DNA of 64,000 nt from assembly GCF_004765795.1 (NCBI RefSeq), contig NZ_SBIV01000003.1, forward strand, positions 310,001 through 374,000. The letters run 5' to 3'. The translations under genes and the position numbers were made by a program. Origin of the DNA: Halorussus marinus (GTDB lineage Archaea; Halobacteriota; Halobacteria; Halobacteriales; Haladaptataceae). The notes under the pieces were generated by a model, which was not told the origin of the DNA, did no database searches, and worked only from the letters and a program-made list of their open reading frames with translations. This document shows, in pieces, positions 28,661 through 40,011 of the stretch. How positions within the stretch are numbered: the first letter of the stretch is position 1; every line of letters begins with the position of its first letter.

Positions 28661-29268
28661 TCGGCCTCCCGGAGCCACGGAATCCAGTCGTGGACGACGA
28701 AGTCCCGCACGTCCTCGGCCACGTCGGCGTCCAGCGTGACCTGGTGGAGCCGCGCGCCGTTGATGGTCGCCAACAGCCACGTCGCGGTCCGGTCGGGGTC
28801 CACCGATCGGAACGTCCCGCGCTCGACGCCGTCCTCGATCACCGTCCGTACGGTGTCGGCGACGAAGCGGTAGTTGGTGGTGAGCTGTTCGCGGAAGGCG
28901 TCGTTGCGCGAGGCCTGAGCCCGAATCTCCAGCAGTGCGGTGTGAAACTCCCAGTGGTCGGTCCCAGACCGGCCTTGGTGGGCGCCGAGCAACAGCGCGT
29001 CGACCAGCGCCACGAGGCGCTCCTCGGGGTCGTCGCCGGTCTCGGCCTCGACGGCGTCGAGGAACCGATCGAGCAGGAAGTCGAGGAACGCGACCAGCAG
29101 GTCCTCTTTGGTGTCGTAGTGGTAGTGCAACACGGCTTTGGTCTTGTCGAACTCGTCGGCGATGTCCTGCATCGTGAGGTCGGCGTACCCGTGCTCGCAG
29201 ACCGCATCGTAGGTGGCCTCCATGATCGCGGTCCGGGTGTCGGGGGGCGCTCGGTCGTCGTCGCTCAT
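28657..29268 (-). CDS. TetR/AcrR-family regulator
   Basis: IMEATY...GYADLTMQDIA...LHYHYDTKEDL. Confidence 0.93.
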   Translation of the reverse strand: MSDDDRAPPDTRTAIMEATYDAVCEHGYADLTMQDIADEFDKTKAVLHYHYDTKEDLLVAFLDFLLDRFLDAVEAETGDDPEERLVALVDALLLGAHQGRSGTDHWEFHTALLEIRAQASRNDAFREQLTTNYRFVADTVRTVIEDGVERGTFRSVDPDRTATWLLATINGARLHQVTLDADVAEDVRDFVVHDWIPWLREAE

Positions 29269-29282
29269 ACTGACTAGTTAGT
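29269..29282. promoter_or_regulatory. Candidate TetR operator
   Basis: ACTGAC-TA-GTTAGT near-palindrome directly abutting the TetR start codon. Confidence 0.55.
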
Positions 29283-30033
29283 TAACCCATCGTAGAAAGG
29301 TGTTCGCGTTCGCGCTCGCGGTCTGCGCGGTCGCTCCGCCGTCCGGTCGCCGGCCCACCGGTCCCGGCGCTCGCGTGCGCGGCGATCGGCCGTCTCTTCG
29401 GAGGGGCGCCGAGTCGCAAACGCGGTGAAAACGAGGCGGTCGGTACGCGAGCGGACGAACGCGGCCGTTCGAGGCGACGGCCGCGCTCGTCCGTCGGCCG
29501 ACTCGTGGCGGGTTCACCTCGGTGGCGCTTCCGAACCGGGCCGCGCGATGACGGTCGCGGCCTGGACCACCGAGCGGCGGATGGTTCCGTCGGTTGCCGT
29601 GAGTCCGGTTCGATCAGACGGGACGCCGGACGGGTTCCGAACCGTGTGTCGGGTCACCTCCGTACCCAATCCGTTCGGCGCGCCCCTACAAAACCGTTTC
29701 TTCAAACACGGTAGTACACTCGGTGTTTGCTAGCAGTGTATGAACAATACAAGGAGAGACGAGCCTGATCGTCCAGCAATCGCTCGAAAGGCATCCGTAT
29801 CGTAGTCCGAGGGGTCGCGCCGGGGCGTCGGGAGTCGGACGGGGACGTCAGGCGCCGTCGGGGCCGCCGCGCGGGACGGCGGCTCGCACTGCGTGAGCCT
29901 TTTCACGTCGAGCGTTCTACTCGCTGTCGGCGGCAGTGACGAGGGTTACCCCCACCGAGCCCCTTGTGACGAGGCCTTTTCATCCGAGCCGCCTTCCGTG
30001 ACCCGAAGCTTGAATCCCCGGTGGGGTCGATGA

Positions 30034-30972
<939 letters not shown>

Positions 30973-30990
30973 CCGCCAGCGCCGACGCCC

Positions 30991-31792
30991 TCACTCCTCG
31001 GGGTCGCGGGTCGCGAGCAGTCCGGTCGCCATCAGCCGCCGCGTGATGATCACCAGCCCGTTCTTGAACCCCCGACCGAAGATGGCCTTCTCCTCGCGGC
31101 TCTCCTCCTCGAACGAGCTCAGCAGGATCGTGCTCTGGTCGACCAGCAACATCCGACCGATCGCCACTCCGCTCTCGGCGTCGGCGTGGAGCCACTCCAG
31201 CTCCGAACGGAAGATTTCGGCGTCGGGGACGCGCTCGGCCAGTTCCTCCCGCAGTGATTCGGTCACCGTCCCGATGAGGACGTCGACGCCGCGGGCGGCG
31301 GCGTCGGCCAGCGCCTCGACCGTCTCGTCGGTCGCGAGCGACTCCTCGCTGGCGATGAACACGACCTCGTTTTCGGCGTCTTCGAGCAACTGGAGGGTCC
31401 GGCTCGTGATCCCGCCGGTCCCCGACAGCGACCACACCTCGTGGGGTCACCGACTCGTCGCTGATCTCGGCCGGCTCGATCGTCTCCAACGCGTCTTGGA
31501 GTTCGTCGACGCGGGACTGGTACTGGCGACGGAGCGTCTGGGCGGCCTCCTCGAGGCTCACGGCCCGGTACTGGCGCGGGTTCGTGTGCTGTATCTCGAC
31601 GAGTCCCTGCGCTTCTAGGACCCGTATCGCGTCGTAGACTCGGGTCCGGGGCACGTCGGTGATGTCGCTGATCTCTTTTGCCGTCGCCTTCTCCATCCGC
31701 GTCAGGGCGACGAAACACTTCGCTTCGTACTCTTTGAGGCCGAGTTGCTGGAGCAGTCCAGCGGCCTCCGCTTGTCTATCGGTTTCAGCCAT
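30991..31792 (-). pseudogene. TrmB-family regulator split by a +1 frameshift (or sequencing error)
   Basis: N-terminal TrmB HTH (LGLKEYEA, VPRTRVYD) and C-terminal domain (VWSLSG..GRMLLVD) lie in different frames; the break is at the G4 run 31443-31446. Confidence 0.8.
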
Positions 31793-32352
31793 AGTGTCCC
31801 AACCACCGGGGCTGTCCCGGAGATAGCGGATGTATACTCCCGTGACGTTTAGTCTTGTTCTTCTTTCGGGTTTTCGGCGGCTGGAACGGAGCGGACGGCC
31901 GATATCGGTCGCCCGACTCGTGTGACGGGCGTCGGAACTCGCCGAGAATAGATTAACTCAGTTAATCACACAAACTACATAGGTTCGCGGGCTGAATCGG
32001 TAATCAGCGCGCGGGTAGCAGTGTCCCAACCACCGCGTACCGCGCGCTACCTGCCACTCCGTGGCAGGTTTCTGCGGAGCGGCCTGAGCCCTGCCTGCGA
32101 CGTCCGAGCGACCGCTACCACCGAGCGACGGCCTACGGGCGCGCCGGTCCGGTGGCGAGGACCCGTACGCCACATCTGTGTGAGTAATCGAGTAACAGTG
32201 CGAACGACGGTGTAGAGCGTGTTACGACGTCGATACAGGACTCGAGAGTCGACGAAGCACGTTTGTGTACGAACGCGGAGTAAAACCACCTATTTGGGTC
32301 AGGGACTCCTCCGCGGACGAACGAGCAGTGATTCACCGCTCGGAGGGCGCAC

Positions 32353-32685
32353 ATGAGTAACGGCTCCGACCGCACAGAACGCGAACTGAAAGCGCTTGCC
32401 AGCCGGGAGCGGCGCGCGGTGCTCGAACACTTCGTCGCGACCGAGACGGCGGTCGCGGACATCGAAGTACTGTGCTGTAAGGTCGCCAGTGCGCGGGCCG
32501 ACGGCGGCGGGGAGTCGCCGTCGACCGATCCTGCCAGAGTCGAACTCCACCACGTCCACCTGCCGACGCTGGCCGACTGCGATCTGGTCGAGTACGACTC
32601 CCGGTCGGGAACGGTGCGATACAAGGCCGACGAGTCGGTCGAGGAACTGCTGGCGGCGCTGGCGACGTTCGAGGCCGAACGGTGA
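32353..32685 (+). CDS. Haloarchaeal winged-HTH (DUF7344-like) protein
   Basis: LASRERRAVL, LHHVHLPTLADCDLVEYD. Confidence 0.8.
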   Translation: MSNGSDRTERELKALASRERRAVLEHFVATETAVADIEVLCCKVASARADGGGESPSTDPARVELHHVHLPTLADCDLVEYDSRSGTVRYKADESVEELLAALATFEAER

Positions 32686-32737
32686 CACGATCGCGGGATA
32701 GAGCCGGCCGTCCGGGTCGGGCGAGCGACCGGCGCGC

Positions 32738-33358
32738 TCAGGAGAAGAACTTCAGCAGGTCGTCGCGCTTGTGCTCGTGGAGCTGGGTCTTCACGGCCTC
32801 GTTCAGCGCGTCGACGTTTCCGCGCTTCGCCGAGATGGGCGCGATCGTGTCCCGCCACTGCTTCCACGGCGGGTGGAGCCCGAGCCGGTCACAGAGCTCG
32901 TTCAGCCGCTCGTCGTCGTCGTCGACCTTGTCCATCTTGTTGACCGCGACGACGACCGGGATCCCGACGTCCCGGAGGAAGTAGAACATCTCGACGTCGT
33001 AAGGCACCTCCTCGCCGCCCGAGTGGCGGTCGATGATGTCGACGGCGCTCTTGGCGTCGACCACGAGCACCCCGACCAGAATCTCGTCGGCGTTGTCCTC
33101 GACGTACCGGACGATGTCGGTCTTGATCTCCTCGCGGCGCTCCTCGGAGACCCCCGACATGAACCCGAACCCCGGGAGGTCGGTGAGCACGAAGTCCTCG
33201 CTGGCCCAGTCGTAGTGGTTCGGCGAGCGGGTCACCCCCGGCTTGCCGCCCGTGTCGAAGCTGTGACCGGTCAGCTCGCGCATCAGTGTCGACTTGCCGA
33301 CGTTCGACCGCCCGACGAAGACCACCTCGGCTCCCCGGTCCGGTCGGCTCTCGAACAT
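32738..33358 (-). CDS. engB: GTP-binding protein EngB/YihA
   Basis: [24 protein letters not shown]. Confidence 0.96.
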   Translation of the reverse strand: MFESRPDRGAEVVFVGRSNVGKSTLMRELTGHSFDTGGKPGVTRSPNHYDWASEDFVLTDLPGFGFMSGVSEERREEIKTDIVRYVEDNADEILVGVLVVDAKSAVDIIDRHSGGEEVPYDVEMFYFLRDVGIPVVVAVNKMDKVDDDDERLNELCDRLGLHPPWKQWRDTIAPISAKRGNVDALNEAVKTQLHEHKRDDLLKFFS

Positions 33359-33540
33359 ACCTTCGCTTCGGGTCGGCGAGGTTTAACGGGCGCGGTTCCC
33401 GCGGAAGGCGTCCCCGATCGGACGGTCCTCGCGGACGCTGAGCCGGCGCCCGCGAACGGACGTTCCGGCCGCGAACGGTCGGCCGAGCCCCGTTCGATCG
33501 CTTTCCGGGCTTATTTATCGACGCCGTGCCACCTGTGGGT

Positions 33541-34833
33541 ATGCGGCTCGTACAGGTCTCGATCCCCGCCGGCAAGCGCGATACGGTCATCGAGGTCCTC
33601 GACGACGAAGGCGTCGACTACATGCTGACCGACGAGACCAGCGGCCGGGAGTACACCGACATCGCGTACTTCCCCCTGCCGACCAAGGCGGTCCAGCCGA
33701 TCCTCGACGAGCTCCGGGACGCGGGACTCGGCGACGACGCCCACGCGGTCATCATCGACGCCGAGACCGACACGTCTCGTCGTTACGAGCAGCTCGAAGC
33801 GAAGTTCGACGAGCAGAACGACGAGACCGAACGCATCGCCCGCGAGGAGATGCGGACGACGGCCCACGAGATGTCCCCGGAGTTCACCACGTTCGTCGCG
33901 ATGACGATCATCAGCGCGGTGGTCGCGGCCGCCGGCCTCCTGCTCGATTCGCCGGCGGTCGTGGTGGGGTCGATGGTGATCGCGCCGCTCATCGGCCCGG
34001 CGATGGAGACCAGCGTCGGAACCGTGCTGGGCGACCGCGAGCTGTTCCGGGGCGGGCTGAAGCTCCAGATCATCGGCGGCGTCCTCACCATCGCGAGCGC
34101 GACCGCCTTCGCGCTCGCGGTCAAGGTGGGGTTTCTGGTCCCGCCGGGAACCGACGTCACCGCCATCTCCCAGATCAGCGGTCGGCTCACCCCCGATTTC
34201 CTCTCGCTGGTGGTCGCGCTCGGGGCGGGCGCCGCGGGCGCGCTCAGCATCGCGTCGGGCGTCTCGGTCGCGCTTGTCGGGGTCATGATCGCCGCGGCGC
34301 TGGTGCCGCCGGCCGCCGCGGTCGGCATCTCGCTCGCGTGGGGTCACCCGATGGCCGCGATCAGCTCGGCGGTCCTCGTGCTCGTGAACATCCTCTCGAT
34401 CAACCTCTCGGGGCTGGTCGTGCTCTGGTACATGGGCTACCGGCCGAAAAACTGGTTCGAGCTCGACGAGACCCGGTCGGCGCTTGCCAAGCGCGCCGGG
34501 GTCCTCCTCGCGGCCATCCTCGTGCTCTCGGTGTTCCTCGGGGGCGTGACCTACACCACCGTCCAGTCGGCCGGGTTCCAGCAGGACGCCCGCGAAGACG
34601 TCGCGGCGGTCCTCAACGACACCGAGGGCGCCCAGTTGCTCGACGTCGCGTTCGAGACCGCCGGGACGCCCCCGTTCACCAGCCACCAGCGCGTGGTGGT
34701 CACGGTCGGCCGGCCCGCGGACGCCGCGTATCCGGGACTCGCCGACCGGCTCAGCCGGCGGATCAACGAGAGCGCACGAACCCCCGTCGAGGTGCAGGTC
34801 CGCTACGTCGAGACCGACACCGCCGGCGCGTAG
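33541..34833 (+). CDS. TIGR00341/DUF389 membrane protein
   Basis: DSPAVVVGSMVIAPL, VGVMIAAALVPP. Confidence 0.9.
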   Translation: MRLVQVSIPAGKRDTVIEVLDDEGVDYMLTDETSGREYTDIAYFPLPTKAVQPILDELRDAGLGDDAHAVIIDAETDTSRRYEQLEAKFDEQNDETERIAREEMRTTAHEMSPEFTTFVAMTIISAVVAAAGLLLDSPAVVVGSMVIAPLIGPAMETSVGTVLGDRELFRGGLKLQIIGGVLTIASATAFALAVKVGFLVPPGTDVTAISQISGRLTPDFLSLVVALGAGAAGALSIASGVSVALVGVMIAAALVPPAAAVGISLAWGHPMAAISSAVLVLVNILSINLSGLVVLWYMGYRPKNWFELDETRSALAKRAGVLLAAILVLSVFLGGVTYTTVQSAGFQQDAREDVAAVLNDTEGAQLLDVAFETAGTPPFTSHQRVVVTVGRPADAAYPGLADRLSRRINESARTPVEVQVRYVETDTAGA

Positions 34834-34887
34834 CGCCCGGCGGTCCGACACGAGCCTATTTGGGCGGCGGTGTCGTACCCGTTGGAG

Positions 34888-35622
34888 ATGTTCAGGGGAG
34901 CACTCACGGCGGTGGGGGTCGCCGCGCTCGTGGCGGTCGCCGGGTTCGCCGGCGCCGTCGGCCCCGCCGCGACGAACGCACAGCAAGCAGACGGCCCGAC
35001 CATCGACGTCGCGGCTTCGGGGCAGGCGCAGGCCGACCCCGATCGGGCCATCCTGCGGGTCGCGGTCGTCGCGACCGGCGACGACGCGAACGCGGTCCGC
35101 GAGCGCCTCGGGGCCAACGCCTCGCGGCTCCGGGCCGCGCTGGCGGAGAACGGCGTTCCGGACGATCGCGTTCGGACGGTCGCGTACACCGTCGACCGGC
35201 GATACGACCGCGAGACGACGACCGACCGGCCGCGGGGCTTCGAGGGGGTCCACGCCTTCGAGGTGACGCTCGCGAACGTCTCGCGGGCCGGCGAGATCGT
35301 CGACGTCGCGGTCGCGAACGGCGCCGACCGGGTCGATAGCGTCGAACTCACGCTCTCTCCCGACCGGCGTCGGGCGGTCCGGGCCGACGCGCTACGGGAC
35401 GCGATGGCCAACGCCCGGAGCGACGCCGAGGTGCTCGCCGAGAGCGCGGGTCTCTCGATCGCGGGCGTCCACACCGTCTCGACCGGCGACGCGAGCGTTC
35501 AGCCGTTCCGGACGGAGGCCTTCGACGCCGACGCGGGCGGCGAGGCCGCGACCGACATCGACGCCGGGCCGGTGACCGTCTCCGCGCAGGTGGCGGTGAC
35601 TTACAACGGGACCGACGCGTGA
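34888..35622 (+). CDS. SIMPL (DUF541) domain protein
   Basis: Signal peptide, IDVAASGQAQADPDRA, AMANARSDAEVLA, VSAQVAVTY. Confidence 0.9.
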   Translation: MFRGALTAVGVAALVAVAGFAGAVGPAATNAQQADGPTIDVAASGQAQADPDRAILRVAVVATGDDANAVRERLGANASRLRAALAENGVPDDRVRTVAYTVDRRYDRETTTDRPRGFEGVHAFEVTLANVSRAGEIVDVAVANGADRVDSVELTLSPDRRRAVRADALRDAMANARSDAEVLAESAGLSIAGVHTVSTGDASVQPFRTEAFDADAGGEAATDIDAGPVTVSAQVAVTYNGTDA

Positions 35623-35675
35623 TCGCCGAAACATCTTCCAAAATTGACTTTACCGGCCGGTGATCACCTCGGGGT

Positions 35676-36188
35676 ATGGTCGGTCCCCCATCCGCGACGT
35701 CCGATCTCCGCCCGTGGCATCGCCTCCTCGAGCACTACACGCCCGACGGGAGGCTCGGTCGCCTCCTGCTGGCGGCGCTCGCGGGAGGGGTCGGCGCCAC
35801 GTCGCTGTTGCTGGCGATCTGGTCCGCGGCGGCGTCGGTCGTTCTCTGGCCGCTCGTCGCGCTCGCGGCGACTGCGGCCGGACTCGGCGGCGTGGCGCTC
35901 GCGCTGATCGTCCTCTGGCCGGTCTACCTCTCGCTGATCGGCAACGTCGAGTCGGCGAGCGCGTACGCCGAGACGGGCGGGGCGGCGCCGTCGACCGCCG
36001 CCGGACCGTCCGACCCCGACGACGCGGTCGCGCTGTTGAAGCGCCGGTACGCGGCCGGCGAGATCTCGGAGACTGAGTTCGAGAGCCGCCTCGACGACCT
36101 GCTCGGGGTCGACGCCGCGCTCGCGGCCTCCCGGTCGGCCGAGCGCCGCGACGCCGAACGTCCCGACCGCGACGCCGAGCGCAACTGA
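35676..36188 (+). CDS. Membrane protein with C-terminal SHOCT domain
   Basis: TM segments, then LKRRYAAGEISETEFE. Confidence 0.85.
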   Translation: MVGPPSATSDLRPWHRLLEHYTPDGRLGRLLLAALAGGVGATSLLLAIWSAAASVVLWPLVALAATAAGLGGVALALIVLWPVYLSLIGNVESASAYAETGGAAPSTAAGPSDPDDAVALLKRRYAAGEISETEFESRLDDLLGVDAALAASRSAERRDAERPDRDAERN

Positions 36189-36251
36189 ACGGTCGCGTCG
36201 AACGCTCGCGCCGGCCTGAACGCTTTTGCGGCGCTACGGCGTTGATTCCCT

Positions 36252-37544
36252 GTGCGCCTGATACACGTCCTGGTCTCGGACGAGCAGCGCGACCCGGTGT
36301 TGAGCGCGCTCGACGACAGGAACGTCACCTACGTCGTCCTCGACGCCGAGGACGGCGGGGAGGGCGACCTGCTCGTCGAGTTCCCGCTTCCGAACGACGG
36401 CACGGGCGACGTGATGGACGCCCTCGGGGAGGCCGGTCTCGACGAGACGGCCTACACCGTGGTCGGCACGGCCGAGACCGCGACCACCGCGACCATGTCG
36501 GCGCTGGAGGACCGGTACTCCGGGGACTTCGACCCGCTCACCCGGCAGGCGCTCCGGTCGAAGGCGAAGGACATGTCCCACGACCTCCGGTCGTTCGTCT
36601 GGATGATCCTCCTGAGCGCGATCATCGCCACCGCCGGGCTGTTGGTCAACTCCCCGGCGGTCGTGGTGGGGTCGATGGTGATCGCGCCGATGGTCGGGCC
36701 CGTGCTCACCGCGAGCGTCGGGACGGTCACGGGCGACCGGGAGATGCTCGCCGACAGCGTCCGGCTTCAGGTGATCGGGCTCGTGGTCGCGGTGGTCACC
36801 GCGACCGCGTTCAGCTACGTTCTCAGGACGTTCAGTTTCGTGCCGATGCTGGAGATCAGCGCAATCGGCCAGATCAGCTCCCGGGTCGCGCCCAGTCTCC
36901 TCACGGTCGCGGTCGGCCTCGCCTCGGGGAGCGCCGCGGCGTTCGGGCTCACCACCAAGGGACCGACCTCGCTCATCGGCGTGATGATCGCGGCGGCGCT
37001 CATCCCCGCGGCGGGGACCGCCGGCATCGCGGTCGTCTGGGGGTATCCGACGATCGCGGTCGGGTCGCTGTTGTTGCTCGCGGTCTCGCTGGTCGCGATC
37101 AACGTCTCGTCGCTCGCCACGCTCTGGTATCTGGGCTATCGCCCCCGGCGGTCGGACTCCGGGCTGTTGACGTTCGAGAACGGCCGCCGGATCGCGACGT
37201 TCGCGGTCGGGGCGGTCGCGATCGCGCTCGTCGTCGGCGCCGCCGTGGTCGGGACCTACCAGCAGGTCGGCTACGAGCGTGCGATCAATCAGGAGATCGA
37301 GTCGGTGCTCGACGATCCCGAGTACGCCAACCTCACGCTGGTCCAGACCAGCATCGAGTACGGGTTCGTCGGCGAGCTGTTCGGCCCCGAGACCGTCACC
37401 GTCACGATCAGTCGGACCGCCGACGGGGAGTTCCCCGACCTCGCCGACCGCCTCCAGCGCCGGATCGCCGACCGGACGGGCCAGCGGCCCGCGCTCCGGG
37501 TCACCTTCGTGGACTACGAGGTCGCCGAGGCGCCGCCGGGGTGA
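36252..37544 (+). CDS. TIGR00341/DUF389 membrane protein (second paralog)
   Basis: NSPAVVVGSMVIAPM, IGVMIAAALIP. Confidence 0.9.
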   Translation: MRLIHVLVSDEQRDPVLSALDDRNVTYVVLDAEDGGEGDLLVEFPLPNDGTGDVMDALGEAGLDETAYTVVGTAETATTATMSALEDRYSGDFDPLTRQALRSKAKDMSHDLRSFVWMILLSAIIATAGLLVNSPAVVVGSMVIAPMVGPVLTASVGTVTGDREMLADSVRLQVIGLVVAVVTATAFSYVLRTFSFVPMLEISAIGQISSRVAPSLLTVAVGLASGSAAAFGLTTKGPTSLIGVMIAAALIPAAGTAGIAVVWGYPTIAVGSLLLLAVSLVAINVSSLATLWYLGYRPRRSDSGLLTFENGRRIATFAVGAVAIALVVGAAVVGTYQQVGYERAINQEIESVLDDPEYANLTLVQTSIEYGFVGELFGPETVTVTISRTADGEFPDLADRLQRRIADRTGQRPALRVTFVDYEVAEAPPG

Positions 37545-37554
37545 CCGGCGGCGC

Positions 37555-38514
37555 TCACTCCTCGAACGGGAGTTCGGGCTCGTAGCCGACCGCCTCGACC
37601 GCGGCGTCGAGCGTCTCCTCGACGTTGTCGCCGGTTTCGACGCTCATGTAGGCGTCGGCCTCCACGTCCGTCGAGAGGTCGGACTTGTTGCAGACGGTGA
37701 GCACGGGGACGTCGCCGAACTGTTCGGCCAGCGCGTCCCGGAGTTCGAGCTGGGCGTCGAGGGGGTAGCCGCAGTAGCCGCTTGCGTCCACCACGAACAG
37801 GACGGCGTCGGCGAGGTGTTCGAGCGCCGAGACCGCCTGATTCTCGATGTCGTTGCGCTCGTCGGCCGGCCGGTCGAGCAGGCCCGGCGTGTCGACGATC
37901 TGGTACCGGATGCGATCGCGGTCGAAGTGGCCGACGTGGACGCCCTTGGTCGTGAACGGGTACTCCGCGATCTCGTTGCGGGCGTTGGTGACGTCGTTGA
38001 CGAACGAGGACTTGCCCACGTTGGGGTAGCCCGCGACCACGACGGTCGGCTCGTCGGGGTCGATCTCGGGGAGGTCCCGGAGGGCGTTGCGCGCCTCGCC
38101 CACCCGTTCGAGGTCCGCCTCGACCTCCTCGACGACCGACGCGAGCCGGGCGAACCCCTGCTTGCGGAGCTTGCGGTCGGTTTCGAGGTCGCCGGTGAGC
38201 CGGCCCTGATACTCCCGGCCGATCTCTTTGGTCTTGTGGCTTGCCCACTGGACCTCCGAGAGGCTCTGGCGGAGTTCGTTCACGTCGACGATCGCGTCGG
38301 CGAGTTCGTAGTAGAACGGATCGACCTCGCGGAAATCGGGCCACTCGGTCGCGACGTTGCCCAGATTGTCGCTCAGGACGTTCGACGCCGTCTGGAGCAT
38401 CGACTGCTGGGCCTGAGTGCCGCTCTTGGCCCGTCCCGCACGCGCCGCCCGCGAGAACGCCTGGTCGATGAGTTCCTCCGACGTGGGCGTCGTCGGAAGG
38501 GATTCGAAAATCAT
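37555..38514 (-). CDS. Nog1-family GTP-binding protein
   Basis: AFSRA, GYPNVGKSS, YPFTTK, DTPGLLDR, NKSD. Confidence 0.94.
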   Translation of the reverse strand: MIFESLPTTPTSEELIDQAFSRAARAGRAKSGTQAQQSMLQTASNVLSDNLGNVATEWPDFREVDPFYYELADAIVDVNELRQSLSEVQWASHKTKEIGREYQGRLTGDLETDRKLRKQGFARLASVVEEVEADLERVGEARNALRDLPEIDPDEPTVVVAGYPNVGKSSFVNDVTNARNEIAEYPFTTKGVHVGHFDRDRIRYQIVDTPGLLDRPADERNDIENQAVSALEHLADAVLFVVDASGYCGYPLDAQLELRDALAEQFGDVPVLTVCNKSDLSTDVEADAYMSVETGDNVEETLDAAVEAVGYEPELPFEE

Positions 38515-38612
38515 GGACGTACGTAGCTCTCGCGGGCTTAAAAGGGCGTTCATACCGACGGCCGGCGCGCGATCACCCATCCCTAAGTACCACCAACTAC
38601 TACCACAAGCTA

Positions 38613-40001
38613 ATGAGTGACACCTCGACTCAGTTCACCCGACGACCGGCCCCGGTCTCGAAGCCAGCCGTCCTCACCGTCGCGGGGAGCGACTCGGGCG
38701 GCGGCGCCGGGATTCAGGCGGACCTGAAGACGATCGAGGCCCACGGCGGGTTCGGCGCGAGCGCGGTCACGGCGGTCACGGCCCAGCACACCCGCGGCGT
38801 CGAGTCGACCCACGTCCTGCCCGCCCGAGAGGTCGGGGCCCAGTTCGACGCGGTCGCCGCGGACCTCGACGTGCGGGCCGCCAAGACCGGCATGCTCGCC
38901 ACGGCCGAGAACGTCCGGACGGTGGCCGACCGGGCGGCGACCGCCGACTTCCCGGTCGTCGTCGACCCCGTGATGGTGGCGGCCTCGGGCGACCGCCTGC
39001 TCGATCCCGACGCCGAGGACGCCTACGAGGGTCTCCTCGCCGAGGCCGCGCTGGTGACGCCCAACGCCGAGGAGGCCCGAGTCCTCACCGGCATCGCGGT
39101 CGAGGACGCCGACTCCGCCGCCGCGGCGGGCGAGGCGCTCGTCGAGATGGGTGCGGACGCGGCGCTCCTCACGGGCGGGCACGTCTCGGGCGAGACGGTT
39201 CGGGACACGCTGGTCACGCCCGACCGGACCCGCACCGTCGACCACCCGCGGGTCGAGACCGACGCGACCCACGGCTCGGGGTGTGCGCTCTCGGCCGCGA
39301 TCGCCGCCCGACTCGCGCTCGGCGACGACCTCCCCGCCGCGGTCGAGGCCGGCGTCGAGTTCGTCGCGCGTGCGGTCCGTTACAACCTCGACGTCGGCGA
39401 GGGGCCGGGTGCGGTCCACCACGCGGTCGGACTCCGGAACCGCGCCGCCCGCGAACCCGCCGCGGAGGCCGTCAGCGAGGTCGTCGGGCGACTCGTCGAG
39501 GCGGACGTCTCGGCGGTCGTCCCCGAAGTGGGGACGAACGTCGTCGGCGCGACCCCCTACGCCGAATCGGTCGGCGAGACCGCGGCCGTCGAGGGCCGGA
39601 TCACCCGGACGCTCTCGGGCGTTCGGCCCACCCGCGGGGTTCGGTTCGGCGCGTCGAGCCACGTCGCGCGATTCCTGCTGGCCGCCCGGGAGTTCGACCC
39701 CGAACTCCGATTTGCCGCCAACTGCCGGTTCGACGCCGACGTGGAGGCCGCGCTCGACGACCTCGGCTGGCCGGTCGCCGAGTACGACCGCGACGCCGAG
39801 CCCGACGCCGTGAAAGAACCGGAGGGGTCGACGATGCAGTGGGGCGCGCGTCGGGCCTTCGAGGCGGCCGCGGGCACGCCGGTCGCGGTCGTGGACCGCG
39901 GCGAGGTCGGCAAGGAGGCGATGACGAAACTGGTCGCGTCCGATCCCGCGACGCTGGCCGACCGCGTCGTGGGGCTCGCCGAGGCGGTCGCGGGCGAGTA
40001 G
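38613..40001 (+). CDS. thiD: Bifunctional HMP(-P) kinase / ThiN thiamine-phosphate synthase (ThiDN)
   Basis: AGSDSGGGAGIQADLK, HGSGC; C-terminal VPEVGTN, FGASSHVAR, GKEAM. Confidence 0.94.
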   Translation: MSDTSTQFTRRPAPVSKPAVLTVAGSDSGGGAGIQADLKTIEAHGGFGASAVTAVTAQHTRGVESTHVLPAREVGAQFDAVAADLDVRAAKTGMLATAENVRTVADRAATADFPVVVDPVMVAASGDRLLDPDAEDAYEGLLAEAALVTPNAEEARVLTGIAVEDADSAAAAGEALVEMGADAALLTGGHVSGETVRDTLVTPDRTRTVDHPRVETDATHGSGCALSAAIAARLALGDDLPAAVEAGVEFVARAVRYNLDVGEGPGAVHHAVGLRNRAAREPAAEAVSEVVGRLVEADVSAVVPEVGTNVVGATPYAESVGETAAVEGRITRTLSGVRPTRGVRFGASSHVARFLLAAREFDPELRFAANCRFDADVEAALDDLGWPVAEYDRDAEPDAVKEPEGSTMQWGARRAFEAAAGTPVAVVDRGEVGKEAMTKLVASDPATLADRVVGLAEAVAGE

Positions 40002-40011
40002 CCGTCCGCGA

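Noticed and set aside
29784..29795. 12-mer TCGAAAGGCATC shared with 8798-8809
   Set aside because: A single 12-nt match is expected by chance in 64 kb and the hairpin partner is absent.
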